DNA from: Capsulimonadaceae bacterium
Lineage (GTDB): Bacteria; Armatimonadota; Armatimonadia; Armatimonadales; Capsulimonadaceae
Direction of reading: 5' to 3'
NCBI GenBank assembly: GCA_965215505.1
Contig: OZ244065.1
Location: 3,392,001 to 3,456,000, forward strand
DNA length: 64,000 bases
The notes beneath the pieces were generated by a model, which saw only the letters and a list, made by a program, of their open reading frames with translations, had not been told where the DNA came from and ran no database searches. Positions 36,285 through 46,391 of the stretch are shown piece after piece (within the stretch, counting starts at the first letter, position 1; the number at the start of each line of letters is the position of its first letter). The translations under genes were made by a program, and so were the position numbers.

Positions 36285-37403
36285 ATGCAAAAAGTCCTCT
36301 GCGTGTTTGGAACCCGGCCCGACGCCATCAAAATGGCCCCCGTCGTCTTGGAGCTGAAGCGGCGTCCCGACCAGTTCACCGTCCACGTCGCCGTCACCGG
36401 GCAGCACCGGGAGATGCTGGACCAGGTGCTGTCCGTCTTCGCCATCGCCCCCGACTTCGACCTGGACATCATGACGCAGGGGCAGACCTTGGCGCAGGTG
36501 ACGACGCGCGCCCTCAGCGGCCTGGACCCCATCCTGGCCTCGGAGGAGCCTAATTGGGTGCTGGCCCAGGGGGACACCACGACCACTTTCGTCGCCGCCC
36601 TCGCCGCCTTCTACCACCGGGCCAAGTTCGGCCACGTCGAGGCCGGCCTGCGGACGGGCAACAAGTACGACCCGTTCCCCGAGGAGATGAACCGGCTGCT
36701 GACCACCCGGCTCGCCACCCTCCACTTCCCGCCGACGCCCGAGGCCGCCGCGAACCTGCGCACCGATGGGGTGGGGGAGGACCGAATCGTCCTGACCGGC
36801 AACACCGTCATTGACGCCCTGTTGCAGGTCGCCGCCCAGCCCTACACGCCCGACGACCCCGTCCTGCGCGAGATTTTGGACGACCCGCGCCGCATGATCC
36901 TCGTCACCACCCACCGGCGCGAGAACTGGGGCGAGCCGATGGCCCGCATCGGGCGGGCCGTGCTGCGGCTGGTGGATGACTTCCCCGACGCCGTCGCCGT
37001 CGTGCCCTGGCACCGGAACCCCATCGTGCGCGACGCCCTGCGTCCCCTGCTCGGCGATCACCCGCGCGTCCGCTTGATCGAGCCGCAGGATTATGTCCCG
37101 TTCGTCAAGCTGGAACAGAAGGCCGCGATCATCCTCACCGACTCGGGCGGCGTCCAGGAAGAGGCCCCCAGCCTCGGCAAGCCCGTCCTGGTCCTGCGTG
37201 AGACCACCGAGCGGCCCGAAGGCGTCGCGGCGGGCACGGCCAAACTCGTCGGCACCGACACGGACCTGATCGTCTCGGAGGCCGCGCGGCTTCTGTCCGA
37301 CCCGGACGCCTACGCCGCCCAGTCCCGCGCGGTGTCCCCCTACGGCGACGGGCAGGCCGCCCGGCGCATCGCCGAGGCTTTGGGCGCGGAGGAACCCGCA
37401 TGA
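36285..37403 (+). CDS. wecB: UDP-N-acetylglucosamine 2-epimerase (non-hydrolysing)
   Basis: FGTRPDAIKMAP, TGQHREML, QGDTTT, HVEAGLRT, TDSGGVQEEAP. Confidence 0.96.
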   Translation: MQKVLCVFGTRPDAIKMAPVVLELKRRPDQFTVHVAVTGQHREMLDQVLSVFAIAPDFDLDIMTQGQTLAQVTTRALSGLDPILASEEPNWVLAQGDTTTTFVAALAAFYHRAKFGHVEAGLRTGNKYDPFPEEMNRLLTTRLATLHFPPTPEAAANLRTDGVGEDRIVLTGNTVIDALLQVAAQPYTPDDPVLREILDDPRRMILVTTHRRENWGEPMARIGRAVLRLVDDFPDAVAVVPWHRNPIVRDALRPLLGDHPRVRLIEPQDYVPFVKLEQKAAIILTDSGGVQEEAPSLGKPVLVLRETTERPEGVAAGTAKLVGTDTDLIVSEAARLLSDPDAYAAQSRAVSPYGDGQAARRIAEALGAEEPA

Positions 37404-38563
37404 TCACCCTGCCCCGGCGCGACACCTCCCGCAGCGCCGAAGCCTGGTTCGGCCAGTTCTGGAAACTCCTGGTCCGGCTGGCCGTCCTCGCCTTCGCCGC
37501 CTACTTCACCTGGCGCGTCCGCACCATCCTGACCGACATCCTGGTCGCCTCCATCCTGGCCTTCGCGCTCATCGGCCCGGTCAACTGGCTCTGCCGGTTC
37601 CGCGTCCCCAAGATCGGGGCGCGGACGCACCGGCTCATCGCCTCCCTGCTTGTCTTCTTCGCCCTGGGCTACGCCCTGTTCGTGGCGGGCGCGCTGATGG
37701 TTTCGCCGTTCGCCGACCAGGTCCACGGCCTGGCTAACAACCTGCCCCTGTACCAGCGCAAGATCGCCCAGTACGCCGCCGAAGGGCAGGCGCTCTACAA
37801 CGGCCTGCCGCCCGACGTCCGCGCCCTGCTGCGCCGGCCCGAGGGGCAAGGCGCGGGGGGAGGCTTCTCGCCCGTCCCGTGGCTGCAAAGCGCCCTGCTC
37901 GCGACCGTCAGCGGCCTGGCCCGCATCGTGGACTTCATCCTGATCCCTGTGCTGGCCTTCTACTTCGTGCTGGACGGCCGCGCGCTCCGCAATGAGTTCC
38001 TGGCGCTCGTCCCGCCGCGCCGGGTGCGCGAGGCCCTGTCGCTGATGCGCGAGTCGTCGGGCATCATGCGGACCTACATCATCGCCCAGCTCTGGCTGTG
38101 CGTCATCGCGGGCGTCGTCGTGTACGCCGGCCTGTCGCTCATACACATGCCCTACGCCCTCGTTCTGGGCCTGCTGGCGGGCTTCACGCGCGCCATCCCG
38201 ATCATCGGGCCGATCCTGGGCGGCATCCCCATCGTCCTGCTGGCCGCCGTGCTGCCCCCTGAACACGGCGGCGGCATCGCGCTGGCCCTGAAGGTGCTGG
38301 TCTTCTTTTCGGCCCTGCACCTGTTCGAGAGCAAACTGCTAATGCCCAAGTTCATCGGCCACCGCATCCACCTCCACGCCGCCGTCGTCATCATCGTCCT
38401 GCTCATCGGGGCCGAGTTCTTCGGCCTGCTCGGCATGTTCCTCGCCGCGCCATTGGCCGCCATCGGGCGCATCCTGATCGCCTACTACGTCATCCGCCCG
38501 CGCCGCCAAGCCGCCCGCACCGTGGCCCACGCGCCGCCACTGCTGATTAAGACTGCTGATTGA
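37400..38563 (+). CDS. AI-2E family transporter
   Basis: Multi-TM; FYFVLDG, IPIIGPILG, FFGLLGMFLAAPLAA. Confidence 0.88.
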   Translation: MITLPRRDTSRSAEAWFGQFWKLLVRLAVLAFAAYFTWRVRTILTDILVASILAFALIGPVNWLCRFRVPKIGARTHRLIASLLVFFALGYALFVAGALMVSPFADQVHGLANNLPLYQRKIAQYAAEGQALYNGLPPDVRALLRRPEGQGAGGGFSPVPWLQSALLATVSGLARIVDFILIPVLAFYFVLDGRALRNEFLALVPPRRVREALSLMRESSGIMRTYIIAQLWLCVIAGVVVYAGLSLIHMPYALVLGLLAGFTRAIPIIGPILGGIPIVLLAAVLPPEHGGGIALALKVLVFFSALHLFESKLLMPKFIGHRIHLHAAVVIIVLLIGAEFFGLLGMFLAAPLAAIGRILIAYYVIRPRRQAARTVAHAPPLLIKTAD

Positions 38564-38618
38564 GACGCAGCGAGCCGATATGAAGGACAGAGACGCCAAT
38601 CCATAGGAGACACGCTTT

Positions 38619-39581
38619 TTGCCGCCGACCACGCCCGACAACTACACGCCCTACATCACCTACCTCCAGGCTTTCATCCTGGGGCTTGTCCAGGGCGTCA
38701 CCGAGTTCCTGCCCGTCTCCAGCACCGCCCACATGCGTATCCTGCCCGCGCTGCTCAACCACTACTACCCCTCCTGGCCCAATGACACCGGCGCGGCCTT
38801 CTCCGCCATCGCCCAGCTCGGCCCCATGGTCGGCATCATCGCCTACTTCCGCAAGGACCTGGCCCGCTACGTCGCCGGGCTGGCCCGGAGCGTCCAGAAG
38901 GGGCAGCTCTTCCCCAAGGGCGACCAGGATGCGCGGCTCGCCTGGTACGTCGTCTTCGCCACCGTCCCCATCATCGTCAGCGGCCTGGCTTTGGAGAAGC
39001 GCATTGACAACCAGTACCGCAACCTGTACTTCATCGCGGGCGCGATGATCGTCCTGGCTCTCCTCCTGCTGGCCGCCGAGCTGACCGGCAAGCGGACGCG
39101 GCGCTTGGAGAGCCTGACACTCGGCGAAGCCCTGGGAGTCGGCGTAGCGCAGGCATTGGCCGTCATCCCCGGCACGTCGCGGTCGGGCGTCACCATCACG
39201 ACCGGCCTGTTCCTCGGGCTGGACCGCGAGGAAGCCGCCCGCTTCTCGTTCCTGTTGTCCGTCCCGGCCATCACGCTGGCCGGCCTGTACAAGCTGCTCA
39301 AGACCCTCTTCCCGCAGACCTTCGGCGAGGGCGCGCATCAATGGATCGGCCCCCTTCCCCCGAATGCCCCGCCGACCCCGCATCTGAGCGAGGTGGCCGG
39401 TCCCTACGTCTTCGCCGCCGCCGTCGCGGGCGTCTTCGCCTACATCGTCGTCCGCTGGCTGCTGGGCTACCTCAGCGACGAGAAGAACTCCACCCTCCCG
39501 TTCATCGTCTACCGGATCGCCCTGGGCGTCGCCCTGATCCTGCTGGTGCATCTGGGGATCGCGGTGCCGCAGTCGCATTAG
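38619..39581 (+). CDS. uppP: Undecaprenyl-diphosphatase
   Basis: QGVTEFLPVSSTAH, PGTSRSG, AARFSFLLSVP. Confidence 0.95.
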   Translation: MPPTTPDNYTPYITYLQAFILGLVQGVTEFLPVSSTAHMRILPALLNHYYPSWPNDTGAAFSAIAQLGPMVGIIAYFRKDLARYVAGLARSVQKGQLFPKGDQDARLAWYVVFATVPIIVSGLALEKRIDNQYRNLYFIAGAMIVLALLLLAAELTGKRTRRLESLTLGEALGVGVAQALAVIPGTSRSGVTITTGLFLGLDREEAARFSFLLSVPAITLAGLYKLLKTLFPQTFGEGAHQWIGPLPPNAPPTPHLSEVAGPYVFAAAVAGVFAYIVVRWLLGYLSDEKNSTLPFIVYRIALGVALILLVHLGIAVPQSH

Positions 39582-39795
39582 GACGGGCACCAGGACGGGC
39601 ACCAGGACGGGCACCAGGACGGGCACCAGGACGGGCACCAGGACGGGCACCAGGACGAGCTAGAACGAGTGATTGAAATCACTCGCTACGCGCGGACCTG
39701 TCCAGGGGACAGAAGAGGGAAAGGAACCAGCCTTGTTACTCTGCTCGCTTGTCCCTTGGACAAATCTTACCGGAGCGAGTGATTTCAATCACTCG
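39580..39795. repeat. 12-bp x6 tandem (39580-39657) plus REPIN-like element A (39666-39795)
   Basis: AGGACGGGCACC x6 starting in the uppP stop codon, then four hairpins. Confidence 0.92.
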
Positions 39796-40066
39796 TCCTA
39801 AGCTCGTCCTGATACCCGCCTTTTCTCGGCATATTCGCGCCGTAACCCGCGCAGGAATCCTCACCTTCCCCGCCGAACTTTCCCCTGATTTCGCCGCCGA
39901 AATCTGCCGATGATTTCCGTTATCCCTCCGCCGGGCCTCCCGCCCCGCGCCGGGGCCGACCATCGCGGCAGCTTGAGCACAATGACGCGCTTCCTTTGTC
40001 CCTGTCGCACGACTTGACCCAGTGTACTTTCTGCCGGTCATCCAGCAACAACAAGGAGCCATATCC

Positions 40067-40630
40067 ATGTCATCCGAATCCTCTTTCGGCACGCCCTCCG
40101 CGCCCGATCCGACCCTGCGCCGCCTGTTCGGCGCACTCGTCGAGCGCGCCTTTATCCAGACCTTGGGCGTCTACGAGTCGCACGTCGCTGACTACCTCGC
40201 CGGCGTCCTGGCCGACTTCGCGCACATGCAGCAGGTCTACAAGATCAAGGACCTCAGCGGCAAACCTCTCCACGAGGTCGCCGACATGCTGCTCCACGCC
40301 GACGTCCGGCTGGAAGCGACCTCGTTCAACCGCGAGCGCGAGGTCCACAAGCACATCGGCGACTTCACCCTCTTCTGGGCCGGCGTCTACCCCGAGGCCC
40401 TGCCCCGCTTGCAGGCGCAGACCCGGCGCGACCACCTGCTCGATTATGTCCAGCAGGGCAAGAACAGCTACGCCATCGCCGCCTCCCACGACTACGGCGA
40501 CTACCGCCACCAGGCCCCGACCCTGCGGAAGCTCTCCGACGAGTTCGAGCTGTGCCTCTACGGCCTGCACTCCGTCCGCAGGCAGATAGACGGCCTGGGC
40601 AAGACCGGCGGCATGGCATGGGCCGCGTAG
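40067..40630 (+). CDS. Conserved hypothetical helical protein
   Basis: AAGGAG RBS, host-like codon usage; motif REVHKHIGDFTLFWAG. Confidence 0.75.
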   Translation: MSSESSFGTPSAPDPTLRRLFGALVERAFIQTLGVYESHVADYLAGVLADFAHMQQVYKIKDLSGKPLHEVADMLLHADVRLEATSFNREREVHKHIGDFTLFWAGVYPEALPRLQAQTRRDHLLDYVQQGKNSYAIAASHDYGDYRHQAPTLRKLSDEFELCLYGLHSVRRQIDGLGKTGGMAWAA

Positions 40631-40723
40631 ACGGTCTCTCCTAGGCAGGAATCCAGACCCGTAGGGGCGAACCTTGTGTTCGCCCTTATCCACTTACTGG
40701 AACCCGCTCACAGGAGACCTGCC

Positions 40724-41701
40724 ATGACCACACTCCCGACACAGCCGTTCGGACCCGACGCCACCCCCGTCTCGCGCATCGCCCTCGGGTGCATGGGCCT
40801 CGCGGGGACCTGGAACCCCGCCGAGGTCGGACCCGAACACCGCCGCAAGGCTATCGCCTCGTTCGAGGCCGCCCTGGAAGCCGGCATCACCTTCTACGAC
40901 CACGCCGACATCTACGGCGGCACGGCCTGCGAGTCGGTCTTCAAAGACTGCCTCGCCGCCGTGCCCGGTAGCCGCGAGAAGATCTTCATCGCCACCAAGG
41001 TCGGCATCCGGTCGGGCTACTACGACCACTCGCCCGACTACATCCGCCAGAGCCTGCGCGGGTCGCTCGGCCGCATGGGCATAGACTCCGTGGACCTGTA
41101 CCAGCTCCACCGGCCCGATCCGCTCACCCACGCCTCCGAAACCGCCGCCGCCTTGGACGAACTCGTGGATCAGGGCCTGATCAAGACCGTCGGCGTCTCC
41201 AACTACTACCCGCAGCAGACCCTGGCCTTGCAGAAGTACCTGAAGGCGCCCATCGTTTCCAACCAGATCGCCATCTCGCTCCTGCGGCTCGACCCCATCT
41301 ACGAGGGCGCGGCGGGCGGCAAGGCGACCAGCGAGGCCGCCACCTGTGATGCGGGCGACGGCGTCCTGGACCAGTGCGAGGAGCTAAACATCACGCCCCT
41401 GGCCTACAGCCCCCTGGGCGGCGGCTGGCTGTCCGGGCGGCGCGAGCCGGCCGCCGACACGAACCCCGCCGTCAAGCGCACCCTGGAAGCCCTGCGCGAG
41501 ATGGCCCCCGCCTACGGTGACGCCACGCCCGGCCAGCTCGCCCTCGCCTGGCTGCTAGCGCACCCCGCGAAGATCATCCCCCTCGTCGGCTCCAACGACC
41601 CCGCCCACATCCACGAGGCGGCAGGCGCAGCGGCGATCCAACTCTCGCGCACCGACTGGTACAAGCTCTGGACCGCCGCGCGCGGTGTCAGGGTCCCGTG
41701 A
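40724..41701 (+). CDS. Aldo/keto reductase
   Basis: LGCM, DHADIYG, ATKVG, DLYQLHRPD, GVSN, YSPLGGG; AGGAG RBS; GTAG REP at 40661-40686 upstream. Confidence 0.93.
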   Translation: MTTLPTQPFGPDATPVSRIALGCMGLAGTWNPAEVGPEHRRKAIASFEAALEAGITFYDHADIYGGTACESVFKDCLAAVPGSREKIFIATKVGIRSGYYDHSPDYIRQSLRGSLGRMGIDSVDLYQLHRPDPLTHASETAAALDELVDQGLIKTVGVSNYYPQQTLALQKYLKAPIVSNQIAISLLRLDPIYEGAAGGKATSEAATCDAGDGVLDQCEELNITPLAYSPLGGGWLSGRREPAADTNPAVKRTLEALREMAPAYGDATPGQLALAWLLAHPAKIIPLVGSNDPAHIHEAAGAAAIQLSRTDWYKLWTAARGVRVP

Positions 41702-41846
41702 GGATGCGATGGCCCTCACCCCCCGCCCCTCACCCGCTTGCGGGGGAGGGGCGGGGGCCTCTTATCATACACCTTGCCTCATGCAGATGACTCGCCGTTT
41801 ATGGGTATAGAGGTGTCATCGCTTTCTCTCGAAAGGAACGAACCCC

Positions 41847-42203
41847 ATGAGCAACGACACATCAGACATCGGGCGCGGCGAATGGGCCGCCTTCGCAGAA
41901 GACTTCAGCAAGCGGCACCAGGGGGCGACCGCCTCCCTGGAGTCGGTCGGCGCGGACGATGGCGACCAGTACGCCGCCGAGAACCTGCCCTTCGTCGGCA
42001 TGACCCTGGAGAGCAAGGGCAGCGCCGCCGGCTCGCTCGTCCTGATGCTCGGGGCGGAGGGGTCGGACCACATGGAGCGCCTGATCGCCGCCCCCCAGAG
42101 CCTGCGAACCCACGTCAGCCCTAACGGCGAGACGGTGCTGGAGATCAAGGCGGAGGGCGAGCCGACCCTGCTCCTGCACCTCCAGGCCCCGAAGGGGGCA
42201 TAG
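41847..42203 (+). CDS. DUF5335-like hypothetical protein
   Basis: I.RGEWAAFAEDFSKRHQG...LPFVGMT pattern; AAAGGA RBS. Confidence 0.6.
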   Translation: MSNDTSDIGRGEWAAFAEDFSKRHQGATASLESVGADDGDQYAAENLPFVGMTLESKGSAAGSLVLMLGAEGSDHMERLIAAPQSLRTHVSPNGETVLEIKAEGEPTLLLHLQAPKGA

Positions 42204-42211
42204 AGGGCGGC

Positions 42212-42240
42212 TTGACAAGCCGCGTCAGGGCGGGTATAAT
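42212..42240 (+). promoter_or_regulatory. Perfect sigma70 consensus promoter
   Basis: TTGACA-17 nt-TATAAT. Confidence 0.85.
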
Positions 42241-42287
42241 CCGCGCGTCCGGAACGGAGTCCGGGCGACTCGCACTAAGGACGGGCC

Positions 42288-42824
42288 ATGAGACAGCGGA
42301 TACTCGCCCTGCTCGCCGAGGGCAAGACGTACAGCCAGATCGTGGCCGAAGTCGGCTGCGCCAAGTCCACCGTGGCCTATCACGCCAAAAACGTGAAAGA
42401 ACCGCCGAACTACAAAGTCCACGACTGGGCCGAGGTGCAGAAGCATCACGATGTGGGGCATGGTGTTAACGACTGCCGCAGGCATTTCGGTATTTGCCGC
42501 TCCGTGTGGTATAATGCTGTTAAGTCCGGCAAACTCATCGCCCGCGCGGACTACCGGATACCGATGGATGTGCTGCTGTCGCCGGAGCGCAACACGCCCC
42601 GTTCTCATGTGCGGTGGCGTCTCATCGGGGATGGCGTGCTTGAAGAGAAATGCGCGAGATGTGGCATAACGGAGTGGATGGGCAAGCCGCTGTCCATGCA
42701 TCTGCACCACATCAATGGGGTAAAGACCGACAATAGGCTGGAAAACTTGCAGCTAATCTGCCCGCACTGCCATTGTCAGACCGACAACTTCGCAGGTAGG
42801 AACGTAAATAAGAATACAAAATAA
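42288..42824 (+). CDS. HTH-HNH endonuclease
   Basis: N-terminal HTH (GKTYSQIVAEVGCAKSTVAYH); CARCG...HLHHING..TDNRLENL.LICPHCH. Confidence 0.9.
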   Translation: MRQRILALLAEGKTYSQIVAEVGCAKSTVAYHAKNVKEPPNYKVHDWAEVQKHHDVGHGVNDCRRHFGICRSVWYNAVKSGKLIARADYRIPMDVLLSPERNTPRSHVRWRLIGDGVLEEKCARCGITEWMGKPLSMHLHHINGVKTDNRLENLQLICPHCHCQTDNFAGRNVNKNTK

Positions 42825-42827
42825 TGG

Positions 42828-42900
42828 TGCCGGATAGTTCAGTTGGCAGAACGACACACTCTGGATGTGTAGGTCCTAGGTTCGAGTCCTAGTCCGGCAG
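42828..42900 (+). tRNA. tRNA-Gln (CTG)
   Basis: Acceptor TGCCGGA/TCCGGCA, anticodon arm ACACA-CT CTG GA-TGTGT, T arm CTAGG-TTCGAGT-CCTAG; CCA not encoded. Confidence 0.93.
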
Positions 42901-42905
42901 CTCAC

Positions 42906-42948
42906 AAAACGCCCCCGCTTGAAACATCAAGCGGGGGCGTTTTTGTTT
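42906..42948. terminator. Intrinsic (likely bidirectional) terminator
   Basis: AAAACGCCCCCGCTTGA-AACA-TCAAGCGGGGGCGTTTTT. Confidence 0.85.
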
Positions 42949-43404
42949 TCACTCTTTGGGAAGCAGCCGCCACACCTGCACCAGCAGGACGAGCGCATGG
43001 CCGGTCCAGAAGGCCGTGCGGAGCCAGTTAGTGGCAACTAAGCGGGCGATGGCGGCCCCGTCATAGCCGCGCCCGAGGGCATCGTGGAGCGGGACGGAGA
43101 CGAAAAAGGTCACGGCCCAGGTCAGCACGGCGAACGCGAATCCGGCCCAGAGCAGGCCGGGCGCGAGCCAGGCGGGACGTGTCAGGGCGAGCAGGCCGGA
43201 CGTGCCAAGCTCCGTCACCATGGCGGGCAGGACGACCAGGGTCATCAGGCGGGTGTGGCCCGCATGGTAGTCTGCCCAGTGTTGGGGGCCGACGCGGGCG
43301 AACAGGGGGTAGTGGACGAGCTGGACGGTCCAAATGACGCCCCACATATAGAGGGTCGCGGCCAGATCCAGTAAAAACAGCGGCGCAAAAAGTGCTTTCG
43401 GCAT
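42949..43404 (-). CDS. Membrane protein (DUF1772-like)
   Basis: Four TMs; IWTVQLVHYPLF, SVPLH..L, NWLRT. Confidence 0.75.
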   Translation of the reverse strand: MPKALFAPLFLLDLAATLYMWGVIWTVQLVHYPLFARVGPQHWADYHAGHTRLMTLVVLPAMVTELGTSGLLALTRPAWLAPGLLWAGFAFAVLTWAVTFFVSVPLHDALGRGYDGAAIARLVATNWLRTAFWTGHALVLLVQVWRLLPKE

Positions 43405-43505
43405 GGCATACTATACCCCGTACCGGAAGCGCGTGGGAACCCGCGCGCCTCGGGGAACGTCAGTGAAGAGGCCGCAGAGACGCGGCGACCCAAGGAGAAG
43501 TACCC

Positions 43506-44411
43506 ATGCGCCCGTATCTCGTCCCCGCCGCCCTGCTGCTTTCGCTGTGCCTCAGCCCCCTCGCCGCCCAGACGCCGCCCCTCCCGGCGAATACACCCGT
43601 GAATGCCCCTGCCGATGCCCCGACCGCTGCCGACCTGAACCTGGGCGGCTACCCGGTCCTGCGCCTGCACGGGGCGGCGGGCGGCCTGACCCCCGAGCAG
43701 CGCATCAATGTCATCCTGAGCCGGGTGACGCCCCTGCTCGGCGACCCGGTCATCCTGCCCTCCGACGTCGTCGTCTATCTGCCGCCGCCCAAGAGCCGCA
43801 CGAACCGCTATCCGGTCATCTACGCCCTGGGGCGGCGGCTGATCACCGTGGACCCCGCGACGGTCAAGGCGGCGGGGGGCGGCAGGACGCCCCTGCAAGT
43901 GGCGACGCTGTGGGCCGCGCGGCTCCAGCAGGTCCTGCCGCGCGTCAACTGGCGGCCTTCCAATGCCCCCGAGCCGAAGATCCCCGCCCACCCGCCGCTC
44001 CTCGTGACGACCGACTTCACCATGGTCGGCGGCGGCAATGCCGCCGTGATGCTGCGCGGTAAGGTCATCCTGAGAGTGCGCGGCCCGCAGCAGGGCGGCC
44101 TGACGGCGGCCGAGCGGGCGGACATGCTCACGGCCCGGCTGCAACACCTGGCGAACCAGGCCGCCGCCACCGCCCCGGACGCGGTCACGGTGGCCTCGAC
44201 GCCCACGGGGGACGCCTCGCTCGCCCTCGCCGGGACGACATTGCTCTCCGTCACCGCCCAGGACGCGGCGGCGGCCAACGTCGCCCGGCCTGCCCTGCTC
44301 GCCGAGTCCTGGGCCAAAAACCTGCGTGCCGTCCTGACGCCGCCCGCGCCCGTCATACCCGCCCCTGTCGCTCCCGCCCCGGCGGCGGACGCACCGCTTG
44401 CGGGCGGGTGA
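43506..44411 (+). CDS. Hypothetical secreted protein with an internally repeated domain
   Basis: AAGGAG RBS, signal peptide, two GGLT(P/A).ER...W units. Confidence 0.7.
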   Translation: MRPYLVPAALLLSLCLSPLAAQTPPLPANTPVNAPADAPTAADLNLGGYPVLRLHGAAGGLTPEQRINVILSRVTPLLGDPVILPSDVVVYLPPPKSRTNRYPVIYALGRRLITVDPATVKAAGGGRTPLQVATLWAARLQQVLPRVNWRPSNAPEPKIPAHPPLLVTTDFTMVGGGNAAVMLRGKVILRVRGPQQGGLTAAERADMLTARLQHLANQAAATAPDAVTVASTPTGDASLALAGTTLLSVTAQDAAAANVARPALLAESWAKNLRAVLTPPAPVIPAPVAPAPAADAPLAGG

Positions 44412-44488
44412 CCCTCTTGGCCCTGCTCCCCCGCCCTACATCCTGAACCCGTAGGGGCGGGGTCCCCCCGCCCTCCTGCTACAGCCTC

Positions 44489-46146
44489 TTAAAGCGTGTG
44501 CTTCACCGGATCGTAGTTGATCTCGCCTACACCTGCTCTGGCGACGAAGTTGCTGGGGTTGTTGGGGTTGGGGAATCCCACCATCAGATCCATCTGCTTC
44601 TTGCCGTCCCTCTCATACAACCCGCCCCCAAGCGCAGATCATTGAACCGCGTGATCGTCTCAGGAGGAGTCGCTTCCACCCAGCTACCGAGTGCGTCCAG
44701 GGCGTCCACCATCAGTGTCACCGCGAATGCCCGCCCTTCCTGCTCCGACAGGGCGGACAGGGCTATGCGCCCGTCCCGAGACTTAACTTTCGGCTCCGCC
44801 GCCGTCCGTATCTGCTTGACGGCAGACACCAAAAGCGGGGAAAGGCCGGACGGGAACGGCGAGGCGGGGCCGGCAGGGGCGAAGCGGTTGTGCAGGCGGT
44901 AGGCGCGGACCAACGGGTCGGGCAGGGCCTGGAGGATCGAGTCGTGCAGGGCGATCAGGTTCAGCGGGACCCCCGCCGTCCGCCGGGTCAGGCGCAGGCG
45001 GTCGTGCCCCCCTTCCTTGTCGCCGGTGAAGACCCGCAGGCCGTACACCTCCGCCAGGGCTGCCAGCTCCTGCCTCGGCGTTGCCGCCTCCGCGCCGAAG
45101 ATGGTGGCGCGCTTGGGGGCTAGGTACGGTTCAACGGTCACCTTCAGGCCGTCGTCGGCGCGGGCGTTTAGCCGGGTGACAAGTTCCGCCAAAGAAGAGC
45201 TGACGGGCGGGGCAGGCTGTAGGGCGTTCGCCTGCACGGGATCGGGGTCGGTCGCGTCGGGCGCGGCGGTGAGCTGCATCATCGTGGCCGGCGTCGGCGG
45301 CGGCTCCCCCTCCCCCGCCACGGGGTGGATCACCAGACCGCCCCCCGGATGTACCTCCACCTGGTTGGGCTTGCTCAGGATCTGAAAGCCCTGATACGCG
45401 AGGGGGGCGTCATAGCCGAATAGCCGGGCACTCATCTGGGGGAAGTAGTGCCACCCGAACTGAGGGTCCGCAGGGCCACGGCTGATCGTCCCAAGGACAG
45501 TCGGCAGATCCTTGATTGCCCGCTGCACATAGAAGTGCATGACGAGCTGCTGCACCTCCTGCTGCTGGACCGGTGCCAGCGAGGCTACCGGCACACCCCC
45601 TTTGTTATCCGCCATCGCGCCAAGCTGCTCCGGCGTCAGTGAGTAGACGAGGTCTTTGATGGCGGGGCTGTTATCAATCTCGTCGTTCGGGAAGTTTGGG
45701 TTGAAGTTCTCGGCGTAGCGGCCGGCTTCTTCCAGGCCGAGCGCACATTCCTTGGCGGTGACGCTGGGTAGGTCCGCCGCATCCGTATAACGCTTCTTCA
45801 GCAGGAATACTCTACCGGAGGGCTGCACGTCGTAGTCGTAGGCTGCGGCCAGCCTGGGCAGCAGGGTGGACAGCGGCTCGCCGTTCGGGTTCAGCTCCAG
45901 CCCCGCCGCCTCCTGCGGCATCAGAGCCGGGTGCAAGGGCTGGTCCTCCGCGACGAGGGCGACGTGGGCTTGCTGTGCGAGGGCGGTGAATGCGGAGAAG
46001 AAGGTGGCGGCTTGGGCAGGGGTGATCTGGACGCGGGGATCGGGAGCGGCAGACTGCGCCCCGGCGAAACCGGGAACAGCAGAGGCGAAGCAAAAGACCA
46101 GCGGCAGTAGAGCCGCCATTGCGGCGCGATGCATTCTGTTCGGCAT
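44489..46146 (-). CDS. Hypothetical secreted protein, probably frameshifted near the 3' end
   Basis: Signal peptide; ORF stops at 44584, but one extra G in the G5 run (44625-44629) gives ...GGGLYERDGKKQMDLMVGFPNP...DPVKHTL* ending at 44489. Confidence 0.65.
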
Positions 46147-46206
46147 GTCAGCCTCCCCACCGGAATGCTCCGGTGGCTTCCGTACCAGGCAAAACTCTCG
46201 GGGAAC

Positions 46207-46371
46207 AGGGCGCGATGAGTTGCGCCCCTACGCGGCCCGGACCGCGCTGTCCAATGGCATTATCCGAAGCCCCGAAGCGGGCGGCCCACCGGCGAAGCCG
46301 GGAACAGACCGGCCGTTTATGGCCGGTCACTTTGGGCCGGTCACTTTGGGCCGGTCACTTTGGGCCGGTCA
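46207..46371. repeat. REP cluster (GTAG REP, family D REP, 14-bp tandem of about 4 copies)
   Basis: AGGGCGCGATGAGTTGCGCCCCTAC; CCCCGAAGCGGGCGGCCCACCGGCGAAGCCGGGAA; GGCCGGTCACTTTG repeats. Confidence 0.8.
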
Positions 46372-46391
46372 TGTTCGCCACCGCGACCGGC

